NCBI GenBank assembly: GCA_002771995.1
Contig: PCRK01000026.1
Coordinates: 1 to 33,637, forward strand
Source of the DNA: Candidatus Sherwoodlollariibacterium unditelluris
GTDB lineage: Bacteria > Omnitrophota > Gorgyraeia > Gygaellales > Profunditerraquicolaceae
Length of the DNA stretch: 33,637 nt
Direction: 5' to 3'
Shown: positions 18,234-26,741 of the stretch, piece after piece
How positions within the stretch are numbered: the stretch's first letter is position 1
Layout of the letters: every line of letters starts with the position of its first letter
The notes under the pieces: model-generated
Database searches by the model: none
What the model was told of the DNA's origin: nothing
What the model saw: only the letters and a program-made list of their open reading frames with translations
Program-made: the position numbers and the translations under genes

Positions 18234-19036
18234 TGAGAATTATTGATTTAAGTTTGCCAATTGACGAGAAGGCCTTTGAGGTGCATAAGGTTGATATCGA
18301 GCGCGTAACTCACAAGGCCGGTATTGATAAATTTAATCGGATAATAATGGGTAAGACGTTATCAGGTAAGTTAAGCTACCTTTTGGGTAAACGCATACTT
18401 AGGCCTTGTGATGTCCCGGACGGTGAATTCTTATCGCTGGAAATAGTGCATTCGCCTGTCCATGTCGGAACCCACCTGGATTATTCTTTTCATTACGGTT
18501 CTAAGTCAGAAGGCAGGGCTGCAAAAACCGCCGATGAAATCCCGCTTGAATATTGCTATCAGTATGGAGTGCGCTTGGATTTAAGGCATAAAAAACCAGC
18601 AGAGGCGATAACTGCCGCAGATATGGAAGCGGCATTAAAAAGGATTAATTATAATCTGAAGCCGCTGGATATTGTATTACTCTGGACAGGCGCGGATAAA
18701 TTTTACGGGAGGCCCGAATATTTTACTGATTATCCGGGCGTAGATACTTCGGCGATAGATTACCTTTTAGATTGCGGGATCAAGGTTTTCGGCACCGATA
18801 CCATGGGTATAGATCGGCCGTATAAATTTATGCTCAAAGAATTCTTAGATTCCAAAGATCCTCGTAAATTCTATCCAGCGCATTTTTACGGCAGAAAGCG
18901 TGAGTTTATTCACATCGAGAGGCTTGGCAGGTTGGAAAATTTGCCTGCTGCAGCCGGCTTTAAAATTATTTGTTTTCCGGTACGCATTAGGCAGACCGGC
19001 GCCGCCTGGTCGAGAGTGGTTGCTCTTTTAGATTAA
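18233..19036 (+). CDS. Metal-dependent cyclase family (PF04199-type), DpsY/OxyN/ZhuJ-like polyketide ring cyclase
   Basis: IIDLSLPI, HVGTHLDYSFHYG (HxGTHxD), GTDTMGID, HIERL, GAAWSRVVA; adjacent to the ACP gene. Confidence 0.85.
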   Translation: MRIIDLSLPIDEKAFEVHKVDIERVTHKAGIDKFNRIIMGKTLSGKLSYLLGKRILRPCDVPDGEFLSLEIVHSPVHVGTHLDYSFHYGSKSEGRAAKTADEIPLEYCYQYGVRLDLRHKKPAEAITAADMEAALKRINYNLKPLDIVLLWTGADKFYGRPEYFTDYPGVDTSAIDYLLDCGIKVFGTDTMGIDRPYKFMLKEFLDSKDPRKFYPAHFYGRKREFIHIERLGRLENLPAAAGFKIICFPVRIRQTGAAWSRVVALLD

Positions 19037-19039
19037 CAG

Positions 19040-19112
19040 TTTAAGCGCTTCCTGTCACGGGGCGCTTCTTGCGCTCACGCGCTGCGAAGCATCTCCGTGC
19101 CACCCGCTTTAA
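19040..19112. other. GC-rich intergenic stem-loop
   Basis: CACGGGGCGCTTC...GAAGCATCTCCGTG imperfect stem between the two cyclase genes; no U-tract directly after it. Confidence 0.5.
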
Positions 19113-19152
19113 GATTTTAATCTAAAAGAGCATAATATTTAAGGAGGGTTAG

Positions 19153-19593
19153 ATGGGACATACTTGCAATGCAATAGTAATAAACGCGCCTTATGATCTG
19201 GTTTTTGATATTTCTAATGATATACCGCGCTGGACGGAATTGTTCGGCGGTGAATATAAGAAGGCAGAGATTATAAGTAAGGAAGGCGACAAAATAACCT
19301 TTCGCCTTACTGACGACGAGGATAAATCTTGGGTATCCTGGCGGCTGCTTTTTAAGGATAAGTATTTTACTTATTCCGAAAGGCATGAGCCAAAGTTTCC
19401 GTTTAAGTATATGAAAATTATTTGGCTCTATACGCCTAAGCCTGAAGGCATTGAGCTGACCTGGATTCAGCATTTTGCAATGGACGATAAAGCTAAATTT
19501 AGCGATGAACAGGTTGAGGGTTTCATCAATAAACACTCTAAAGAAAATTTACTGGTTTTTAAGCAATTAATTGAGAAACAAGTTAAATTATAA
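19153..19593 (+). CDS. TcmN/WhiE-type monodomain polyketide aromatase/cyclase (SRPBCC)
   Basis: HTCNAIVINAPYDLVFDISNDIPRWTELF.EY..AEI...ITFRLT...WVSWR closely follows the TcmN N-terminal pattern; AAGGAGG Shine-Dalgarno sequence. Confidence 0.9.
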   Translation: MGHTCNAIVINAPYDLVFDISNDIPRWTELFGGEYKKAEIISKEGDKITFRLTDDEDKSWVSWRLLFKDKYFTYSERHEPKFPFKYMKIIWLYTPKPEGIELTWIQHFAMDDKAKFSDEQVEGFINKHSKENLLVFKQLIEKQVKL

Positions 19594-19610
19594 AATAGGG
19601 GAGGTTTATA

Positions 19611-20387
19611 ATGAGCGAAAATTTAAAAGGTAAAGTGGCGATCGTTACTGGTGCCAGCCGCGGAATTGGTAAGGCCTTAGCCTGCACTGCGGCAAGCTTA
19701 GGGATTAATTTAACCATTGCCGCTCGCCAAGAAGGGCCCTTGAAGGAGACCGCAGATGAAATCGCCAAGAAATACAAGGTTGAGGTACTCGCGGTTCCTT
19801 GCGATGTTACAAAATTAGAGGATTTGGAAAATCTGGTGAATAAGACTAAGGGAAAGTTCGGCAAGATTGACATTTTGATTAATAACGCCGGAGTATCCTC
19901 GCAATATCCTTTTCAAGAACAGCCGATGGAGGATTTTGAGAGGTTGGCGTATACGAATTACTTAGGTTACGTGCGTTTAATCCGCCTGGTAATCAATGAT
20001 ATGATTAAAAATAAGTCGGGAGCGATTATCAATATGGTTTCAGGGTCAACGCTTTGCGATCCGCTGCCGAGAAACTTTATTGTTTATAGTTCGCTTAAAG
20101 TAGGCTTACGCGCCTTTTCCAAAGGCCTGTTCTGGGAATTGCGTGACCATGGGATTAAGGTTACCTCAATATTGCCCGGGGTAACCGATACGGACTTAAC
20201 CGGCAAATTAAAAGAGATAACCCAGGATACTTCGCGCCTGATGACTACCGAGGCAATTGAAAACGCGGTCAGATTTGCTTTAACCGTTCCGCAAAATGTC
20301 TGCCCTCTGGAGATCGCCGTGATTAACCAGCAGACGCCGTGGACTGCGCCGGTTATACCGTTTAAACAGCAGCACCCGGGGAGATAA
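19611..20387 (+). CDS. Short-chain dehydrogenase/reductase (putative ketoreductase)
   Basis: TGASRGIG, CDVT, INNAG, YSSLK (YxxxK), PGVTDT. Confidence 0.9.
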   Translation: MSENLKGKVAIVTGASRGIGKALACTAASLGINLTIAARQEGPLKETADEIAKKYKVEVLAVPCDVTKLEDLENLVNKTKGKFGKIDILINNAGVSSQYPFQEQPMEDFERLAYTNYLGYVRLIRLVINDMIKNKSGAIINMVSGSTLCDPLPRNFIVYSSLKVGLRAFSKGLFWELRDHGIKVTSILPGVTDTDLTGKLKEITQDTSRLMTTEAIENAVRFALTVPQNVCPLEIAVINQQTPWTAPVIPFKQQHPGR

Positions 20388-20407
20388 CGGTAAAGGACTT
20401 AGGAAAG

Positions 20408-20533
20408 ATCCCTCGCTTAACCACTTGAAAATTTCTACGAAATTTTCTGCGTAAGCTCGGGATAAATTCGCAGACGGCCTCGCGGCCTACAACTTACGTC
20501 ACTATCGTTCCGTAAGTTGTCTGCTCATTTAAA
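20408..20533. repeat. Hairpin (20408-20463) followed by a hairpin-family element (20465-20533)
   Basis: ATCCC...GAAAATTT/AAATTTTC...GGGAT; then AATTC-GCAGAC...CAACTTACG...CGTAAGTT-GTCTGC-TCATTTAAA. Confidence 0.65.
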
Positions 20534-20544
20534 GGAGAGAATAA

Positions 20545-21156
20545 ATGAAAAAGGCTTTAGTTTTTGCGGCAGTGTTGGTTTTAGGATTAGCCGGAGTTTG
20601 CCTTGCCGCGGAGAATAATTTACTGATCGATGATATGGAGAAAGCTGTGGTTGGCGGGCCGCAAGGAACAGTCGATTTTGGCGCAGGGAATGGTTCAGCG
20701 GTAGATGTATCAAATTCAAGCGATATCAAATATTCCGGAGATAGGGCGATTAAGATTTCCTTTAGCGCTATCCCCGGAGGGTATATGTATGTGGCTAAGG
20801 GCGATAAACTTGATGCCAAAAATGCCGGGTGGCAGGTAAGTCCCGCGGATATCAAGTGGGATGAATATAAGGCTATTTCTTTTTATATGTACGGCTCGGA
20901 TTCTAAGGTAAATATCGCTATTGATATAAAAGACAGCGGCAATGAAATATGGCGCTATATTATTCAGGATAATTTCAAGGGCTGGAAGCAGATAATTTGT
21001 AATTTCAGCGATTTTACTGCCCGTTCAGACTGGCAACCGGATAATGCCGAGAAAGACGCTATACTCGCTTTTCCTTTGACAAGTTTCCAATTTGAGCCTT
21101 TACCTGAATCAAAAGGCACAATTTATATCGACAAAGTGGAGTTGGTCAAGAAATGA
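20545..21156 (+). CDS. Secreted CBM11-like carbohydrate-binding domain protein
   Basis: Signal peptide; LLIDDME, WDEYKAISFYMYG, DNFKGWKQI..FSDF, GTIYIDKVEL. Confidence 0.75.
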   Translation: MKKALVFAAVLVLGLAGVCLAAENNLLIDDMEKAVVGGPQGTVDFGAGNGSAVDVSNSSDIKYSGDRAIKISFSAIPGGYMYVAKGDKLDAKNAGWQVSPADIKWDEYKAISFYMYGSDSKVNIAIDIKDSGNEIWRYIIQDNFKGWKQIICNFSDFTARSDWQPDNAEKDAILAFPLTSFQFEPLPESKGTIYIDKVELVKK

Positions 21157-21605
21157 TGAACCCCGTTAGAAATTTTGTTCAAATATTAGATAAGAGTGAT
21201 ATTTCTAACGGGGTGAATAAGAGGGATGTTAAGAATCTAAAGAAGCGCTATCTGATCTGGTTTTATAAGGCAGCCAAAGAAGCACTGGATAAAATTGAAC
21301 GCAAGTTTACTCAAGTTGAGATTGACCGGGTTATTCTTAAAGAATTAAAGAAAGCGGATAAGAAGGTTCCCATTGAAAACTTGGTGCAGCAATTTGAGGA
21401 TTACATAACCAAGAAAGAGCAGGATGGTTTAAGTTTAAAGTATGAAAATAAAAAGTTTAAACCGCATTATGTTTTTTTGATAAAAAAACTTGAGGCAATT
21501 GAGAAGGCCATAACCGTAGAATTAGGCAAGGATGCTTTAAAAGAGATAAAACTTCTCTACGAAATTGAGATGACCGAGCGTATATTAAGGAGCACGGAAC
21601 ATTAA
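21153..21605 (+). CDS. Hypothetical helical protein
   Basis: Translationally coupled at both ends; no recognised motif; the N-terminus contains the repeat-derived NPVRN...ISNGVN. Confidence 0.7.
   Translation: MMNPVRNFVQILDKSDISNGVNKRDVKNLKKRYLIWFYKAAKEALDKIERKFTQVEIDRVILKELKKADKKVPIENLVQQFEDYITKKEQDGLSLKYENKKFKPHYVFLIKKLEAIEKAITVELGKDALKEIKLLYEIEMTERILRSTEH
21160..21214. repeat. 14-bp terminal inverted repeat element with a 27-nt spacer, translated in frame
   Basis: ACCCCGTTAGAAAT-N27-ATTTCTAACGGGGT; the spacer is unrelated to that of the 13370 copy. Confidence 0.9.
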
Positions 21606-22513
21606 TGATTATTGACGCGCATAGCCATTGGCTGCCGGAGGGAATAATCAACAATGCCCATTTTTATCATAAGGGCTGGGGCGATATTGAAGCGCAACTT
21701 AAGATGATGGATGAGGCAGGAATCGATAAGGCGGTTTTGTCATATCCGACTTCTGATGCGCATTTAAAATTGGGAAGTATCTCCGAAGTTGTGCGTATAT
21801 TTAATGATCACATTGGGAAAATTATCAAAAAATATCCGGATAGATTTATTGGTGCCGCAATTTTGCCTATAGATCATGAGCCGGATATGCTTAAAGAGTT
21901 AAAGCGTTCAACAGAAGAATTAGGTTTTAAGGCAATTTCTCTGGCCTCAAGCTATAACGGGGTTTATCTGGATGATACCAGGTTTCTTGGGATATACAAA
22001 ATTGCGCAAAACAAAAACCTTCCTATTTTTGTACATTCGCAGATTGTAAAGCCCATAGGCAGCGAACGCGTGGAAGACCCCTTGCTTACGCCGGTGATCG
22101 AGTATGTTTTTGATACTACAATATGCATAGGCAAACTTTTGATGTCGGATATTTTGCGTGATTACAAAGCAAAGTTAATTTTTGCTTATTTCGGCGGGGT
22201 AATTCCGTTTTTGGCCAATCGTTTTGACGCTACCTATCAGATGCTGCGCGGGATAAATTTTGTCAAAGACTTAAAAGGTAACCCTACGGATTATCTAAAG
22301 AATATTTATGTGGATACTAGCGGCGATAAAGGCAAGGCAAATTTTCAAGCGGCACTGGAGTTTTTAGGTTCTAAGCATATCTTATGGGGTAGTGACTGGC
22401 CGGCAAAAAAAGATATCGCAGGCAGCATTCAAGCAATCAAAGATTTAGATATATCCGCAGAAGATAAGAATAATATTTTAGGCGGTAATTTACAAGCAAT
22501 ATTAGCTCTTTAA
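21605..22513 (+). CDS. Amidohydrolase_2 family protein (ACMSD/aromatic acid decarboxylase-like)
   Basis: IIDAHSH, MDEAGIDKAVLS, PDRFIG, PIFVHS, YVDT, WGSDWP, ILGGN. Confidence 0.82.
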   Translation: MIIDAHSHWLPEGIINNAHFYHKGWGDIEAQLKMMDEAGIDKAVLSYPTSDAHLKLGSISEVVRIFNDHIGKIIKKYPDRFIGAAILPIDHEPDMLKELKRSTEELGFKAISLASSYNGVYLDDTRFLGIYKIAQNKNLPIFVHSQIVKPIGSERVEDPLLTPVIEYVFDTTICIGKLLMSDILRDYKAKLIFAYFGGVIPFLANRFDATYQMLRGINFVKDLKGNPTDYLKNIYVDTSGDKGKANFQAALEFLGSKHILWGSDWPAKKDIAGSIQAIKDLDISAEDKNNILGGNLQAILAL

Positions 22514-22577
22514 GAATTTTGCGTTTGTGACGTTGCAGGGACTGTCCCTAAGGTTTGCTATTACAAAGGAGTAATAA

Positions 22578-23327
22578 ATGCAAATGGTTAAGGATGTGCA
22601 TTTAACAGGAAAAGATTTGACCCAGATGGTGCAGTTAAGGCCGGAAGACGTGGGAAAATATGCGATTGTGCCCGGGCCAAGAGATAGGCTTGACGTTTTA
22701 TTAAAGAAATTTGAGAATCCGGTGAAGAACTTTACCTTTATGGAATATTCTATGTATACCGGGACAGTGGAAGGAATAAAGGTAACTGCGATTAATGGTG
22801 GAAGATTTTCAACCGATACCTCAATTACTACTGAGGTTATGTGTAATGCGCAAATTCAGAATATTATTCGCGTAGGCACTTGTGGTTCGTTAGACGAAAA
22901 TATCAAAATTGGCGATTTGTTTGTGGTTGATGAGGTTATCCGTGGCGACGGAGTTACGCCGTATTATGTAGATAAGAATTTTAAGACCATAGCTGATAAA
23001 AAAATCGCTGATACTTTATATGAAGTTGCTAAAGGCATGGGTTTAACCATTCATCGCGGGAAAGTCTGGACTACGGATGCGCTTTTACGCGAAACAAGAG
23101 AGATTGTAGAAGCCAAGCGTAAAGAAGGTGCCAAGGCAGTAGATATGGTTTCTGCGACCATGTTAACTATTGCGCAGACTTACAATATCAAGGCCGGCTC
23201 AATCTTAGCAGTAAGCGATAATGTTATTACCGGCGAGATGGGCTTTATGAATCCATTATATTATATGGCAGAGTCAAATATTTTAAAAATAGCTTTAGGA
23301 ACAGTGAAAAAGTTGGAAGGAAAATGA
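22578..23327 (+). CDS. Nucleoside phosphorylase (PNP_UDP_1 family) with atypical motifs
   Basis: IIRVGTCGSL, IRGDGVT..Y, WTTDALLRE, AVDMVSA, LAVSDN. Confidence 0.85.
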   Translation: MQMVKDVHLTGKDLTQMVQLRPEDVGKYAIVPGPRDRLDVLLKKFENPVKNFTFMEYSMYTGTVEGIKVTAINGGRFSTDTSITTEVMCNAQIQNIIRVGTCGSLDENIKIGDLFVVDEVIRGDGVTPYYVDKNFKTIADKKIADTLYEVAKGMGLTIHRGKVWTTDALLRETREIVEAKRKEGAKAVDMVSATMLTIAQTYNIKAGSILAVSDNVITGEMGFMNPLYYMAESNILKIALGTVKKLEGK

Positions 23328-24250
23328 AATTTTCTCCGTTATTCTGGCCGATTCAGCTAAAAGGAAATATCATTTATATTTTAGATGAGACACTTCTGCC
23401 GCATAAACTTTCCTATATAAAGGTGCGTAATTACAAAGAGGCATGCCGCGCCATTAAAGAGATGAAGACGCGCGCTGTGGGCCAGGTTTTGTTAGTGATG
23501 TATATATTCTTGCAACTAATTAAGCAGAATAAGCAGAGAGATTTGCTTAAGGTTGCTCGTGCCATAAATTCTACCCGGCCCACGCTCTCTTTTAAGTATT
23601 TGACTGATATGGTTATAGGTTGGTCAAAGGGTAAGGCGTCATTAGAAAAGTGTATCTTAGGATTCTTAGAGGGTTTAAAATATAGCCGGATGAAGCAGGC
23701 GGAAGAGGCAAGCAAGCTGTTAAAAGACGGCGATGCCATTCTCACGCATTGTAATGTCAGCGGTCTGATGCCTTTAATCGGAGAATTCGCCAAGAAACAA
23801 GGCAAGAGAATAAGTTTTTTTGCCACCGAAACGCGGCCGTATTTACAAGGCTCGCGCCTGACTGCTTGGGAATTGCAAAGGGCAGGGTTGGGTGTTACCA
23901 TAATTACCGATGGTATGGTTGCGGCAGTGATGTCGCAGCATAAGGTTAATAAAGTTATCGTCGGCGCAGACCATCTTACGCTTAATGGAGATATCGCTAA
24001 TAAAATCGGGACATATCAGATTGCGATTACGGCGAAATATTTCAAGATTCCTTTTTATGTCCTATGTCCTCCTGCGTCAGGCTTAAAGAGAGGAAGGGAT
24101 ATAAAAATTGAGATCCGGCCGGACAAGGAGATGTTAGAATATCAGGGTTTGCGCCTTGCGCCAAAAGTAGCGAAAGGTTATTACCCGGCATTTGATGTGA
24201 CACCGGCAAAATTGATTACTAAACACATTCATTTGGAGATTAAAAGATGA
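23324..24250 (+). CDS. mtnA: Methylthioribose/5-deoxyribose-1-phosphate isomerase-like (MtnA/eIF2B family)
   Basis: TRPT, THCN, ETRPYLQGSRLTAWEL, GADH..NGDIANKIGTY, PAFDVTP. At 308 aa it is short and divergent. Confidence 0.82.
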   Translation: MKFSPLFWPIQLKGNIIYILDETLLPHKLSYIKVRNYKEACRAIKEMKTRAVGQVLLVMYIFLQLIKQNKQRDLLKVARAINSTRPTLSFKYLTDMVIGWSKGKASLEKCILGFLEGLKYSRMKQAEEASKLLKDGDAILTHCNVSGLMPLIGEFAKKQGKRISFFATETRPYLQGSRLTAWELQRAGLGVTIITDGMVAAVMSQHKVNKVIVGADHLTLNGDIANKIGTYQIAITAKYFKIPFYVLCPPASGLKRGRDIKIEIRPDKEMLEYQGLRLAPKVAKGYYPAFDVTPAKLITKHIHLEIKR

Positions 24251-25251
24251 TTTTTAGCAAAGAGAGAGCCCTAAAGAATGAAATTATCAAGGTCGGCCTG
24301 CGTCTCTATCAGACTGGTTTGGCTGTGGCTAAGTCCGGGAATATCAGCGCCTGCCTCAACGATAATAAACATATCCTTATTACTGCCAGCGGAACATCTT
24401 TAGGGAGCTTAAAACACAAAGATATAGTGAAAGTGGACCTAGATTCAGGAAAAGCCTTCGGCGATGTTAAGCCAAGTTCAGAGTTACTGCTGCACGTCTT
24501 AGTTTATAAGAATTTTAAAGCCAAAACCGTTATCCATTGTCACCCGCCTTTGATTAACGGATATTTCGCGGTTAGCTCTGATTTAAGAGCCCTAACCTTT
24601 GAGACTAAATTTTATTTAGGAAATGTTCCTGTTGTCGAGCAGGATACCCCGACCGTAACTAAACCGGAATTAGTAATTAGCGCCTTAAAGACTAACAATT
24701 TAGTTGTGCTTGAAAATCACGGCACAATAGCTATAGCGGATAAATTTTCTGATGCCTTAAGTTTAACTGAAGCTTTGGAAGAAGCAGTGCGCACCGCAGC
24801 AGTAGCCAGGATTTTTAAGAAAGAAGTACTGGATGATTTAGATAAGGCGATAAAATCAGACTTAACCGGCAATTTGAGCTTACCTATGTTTTCCCGCGAG
24901 CACATACAGGCAATCGTAGATTTGGTAAATAAAGATGAACTCATTGCCCAAAAAGGTAAAGAGCTGGATTTAACCGTAAAACTGGCCATAAAGCTCGACG
25001 GAAGCGATAAATGCTATAAGTTTAATTTTGAAAAAGGTAAAATCGCGCGTTTAGATTTTGACAGCGACGCGCCTTTTGTTATTTCAGCACCGGCTGAAGT
25101 ATGGGAACAGGTATTTTTAGGCAAGCTCGATTCATTTGTAGCCGTAACGCAGGGTAAGATGAAATTATCCGGACAGCTAGGACTTCTTTCTAAATGGTAT
25201 GTCCCGTTTACCCGTCTGTTTGCCTTATTTAGGGAAGTTAAAATAAAATGA
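24247..25251 (+). CDS. Class II aldolase/adducin domain fused to a C-terminal SCP2 sterol-carrier-like domain
   Basis: GNIS, ITASG, PSSELLLH, IHCHPP, LENHG; C-terminal WEQVFLGKLDSFVAVTQGKMKLSGQL (SCP2 pattern). Confidence 0.82.
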   Translation: MIFSKERALKNEIIKVGLRLYQTGLAVAKSGNISACLNDNKHILITASGTSLGSLKHKDIVKVDLDSGKAFGDVKPSSELLLHVLVYKNFKAKTVIHCHPPLINGYFAVSSDLRALTFETKFYLGNVPVVEQDTPTVTKPELVISALKTNNLVVLENHGTIAIADKFSDALSLTEALEEAVRTAAVARIFKKEVLDDLDKAIKSDLTGNLSLPMFSREHIQAIVDLVNKDELIAQKGKELDLTVKLAIKLDGSDKCYKFNFEKGKIARLDFDSDAPFVISAPAEVWEQVFLGKLDSFVAVTQGKMKLSGQLGLLSKWYVPFTRLFALFREVKIK

Positions 25252-26735
25252 TGCCGCTTTATCCGCTATATATAAACGGAAGATTTATTGAAACTAGCGA
25301 ACGGCAAAATGTGCTTAATCCGTCTACGGGTAAAGTAATCGCTCAAGCTTGCCTGGCTAAGGATTCGGATGTGGATCTGGCTATAGCCAGCGCACGGGAG
25401 GCCTTTGATAAAGGTAGTTGGCCTAAGCTGCCTTTAGATGAGCGCAAGAAATTTATCTTTAAGATTGCTCAAGGAATCCTCAATAAGGCGGGGGATTTAG
25501 CAAAGTTGGAGACGGAAAATGCCGGTAAGCCCATTAAGGAAACCACCTTTATGGATGTGCCTTCAGCTGCCAAGGCTTTTGAGTATGTGGCTAATAATTT
25601 TGAAAGCTATCTGGTTAGTGAAAACTTGAATATTTCAGAAGAGGCCAAGGCAAAGTTATCCCGCGAGCCTATGGGTGTAGTGGTTTTGATTATTCCCTGG
25701 AATTATCCTTTGCTAATTGCTTCTTGGAAACTAGCTTCAGCGCTTGCCGCAGGCAATACTGTAGTCTTAAAGCCGTCCAGCTTGACCTCTTTGACTGCGT
25801 TTGAGTTAGGTAAAATTATCCACCAGGCAGGTTTACCCGCGGGAGTGGTTAATATCGTAAACGCGAGCGGCACAAAGATAGGCGAGAAACTCTGTTCTGA
25901 TAAAAGAGTGGATATGGTTTCTTTTACCGGGAGTAACGAGGTAGGTAAACATATCTTAGAGTATTCTTCCAAGAATGTTAAGAAATTAATTATGGAACTG
26001 GGTGGAAAGTCCGCAAGCTTAATCTTTTCCGATGTTGATATAGATATGGTAGTGAACAGCTCTCTTTGCTCCATATTTTTAAATCAGGGCCAGATGTGTA
26101 CGGCCATGTCGCGCATATTTGTGCAGGATAGCCTGTATAATAAATTTGTAGCTAATTTTGTTGAGAAGGCCCAGCGCATAAAGCTTGGGGTAGCTAGTAA
26201 CCATGAGACTCAGATGGGCCCTTTAATTACCGATAGCCAGCGTAAGAAAGTCATTGTCTACTTAGAGAAAGCCAAGGCGGAAGGGGCAAAGATATTATGC
26301 GGAGGAAAGATTCCTCAGGCCCCGGAATTAAAGAACGGTTATTTCTTTGAGCCTACGGTTATAACCGGGGTAAATCCGCATATGCATATTTTTAAGGAAG
26401 AAGTATTTGGGCCCGTAGCTATAGTCGGTAAATTTTCTAGTGCTGAAGAAGCAGTAGAATTAGCTAATGATTCGGATTTTGCTTTAGCCAGTTGTATCTG
26501 GAGTAGGGATTTAAGCCTAGCCGAGGGTTTAGCTAAAAGAATTAATGCCGGGACTATCTGGATTAATACTTATGGCATGTTTTATAATCGGGCCCCTTAC
26601 GGAGGGTTTAAGCAAAGCGGGTTTGGCAAGGAGCTTGGTAAAGAAGGATTCTTAGAGTATACCCGTCTTAAGAATGTGGTGCTGGATCAATCTCCTGATG
26701 CAAAGCCGCTGGTTAATTATTGGTACGGATTCTAA
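25248..26735 (+). CDS. NAD(P)-dependent aldehyde dehydrogenase
   Basis: IPWNYP, LKPS, FTGS, MELGGKS, NQGQMC, EEVFGP, GGFKQSG. Confidence 0.95.
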   Translation: MMPLYPLYINGRFIETSERQNVLNPSTGKVIAQACLAKDSDVDLAIASAREAFDKGSWPKLPLDERKKFIFKIAQGILNKAGDLAKLETENAGKPIKETTFMDVPSAAKAFEYVANNFESYLVSENLNISEEAKAKLSREPMGVVVLIIPWNYPLLIASWKLASALAAGNTVVLKPSSLTSLTAFELGKIIHQAGLPAGVVNIVNASGTKIGEKLCSDKRVDMVSFTGSNEVGKHILEYSSKNVKKLIMELGGKSASLIFSDVDIDMVVNSSLCSIFLNQGQMCTAMSRIFVQDSLYNKFVANFVEKAQRIKLGVASNHETQMGPLITDSQRKKVIVYLEKAKAEGAKILCGGKIPQAPELKNGYFFEPTVITGVNPHMHIFKEEVFGPVAIVGKFSSAEEAVELANDSDFALASCIWSRDLSLAEGLAKRINAGTIWINTYGMFYNRAPYGGFKQSGFGKELGKEGFLEYTRLKNVVLDQSPDAKPLVNYWYGF

Positions 26736-26741
26736 ATAATT

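Noticed and set aside
22578-25251. Canonical methionine salvage operon
   Set aside because: No MtnC, MtnD or MtnE-type genes are present in the window, the aldolase has an extra domain, and the motifs are divergent.
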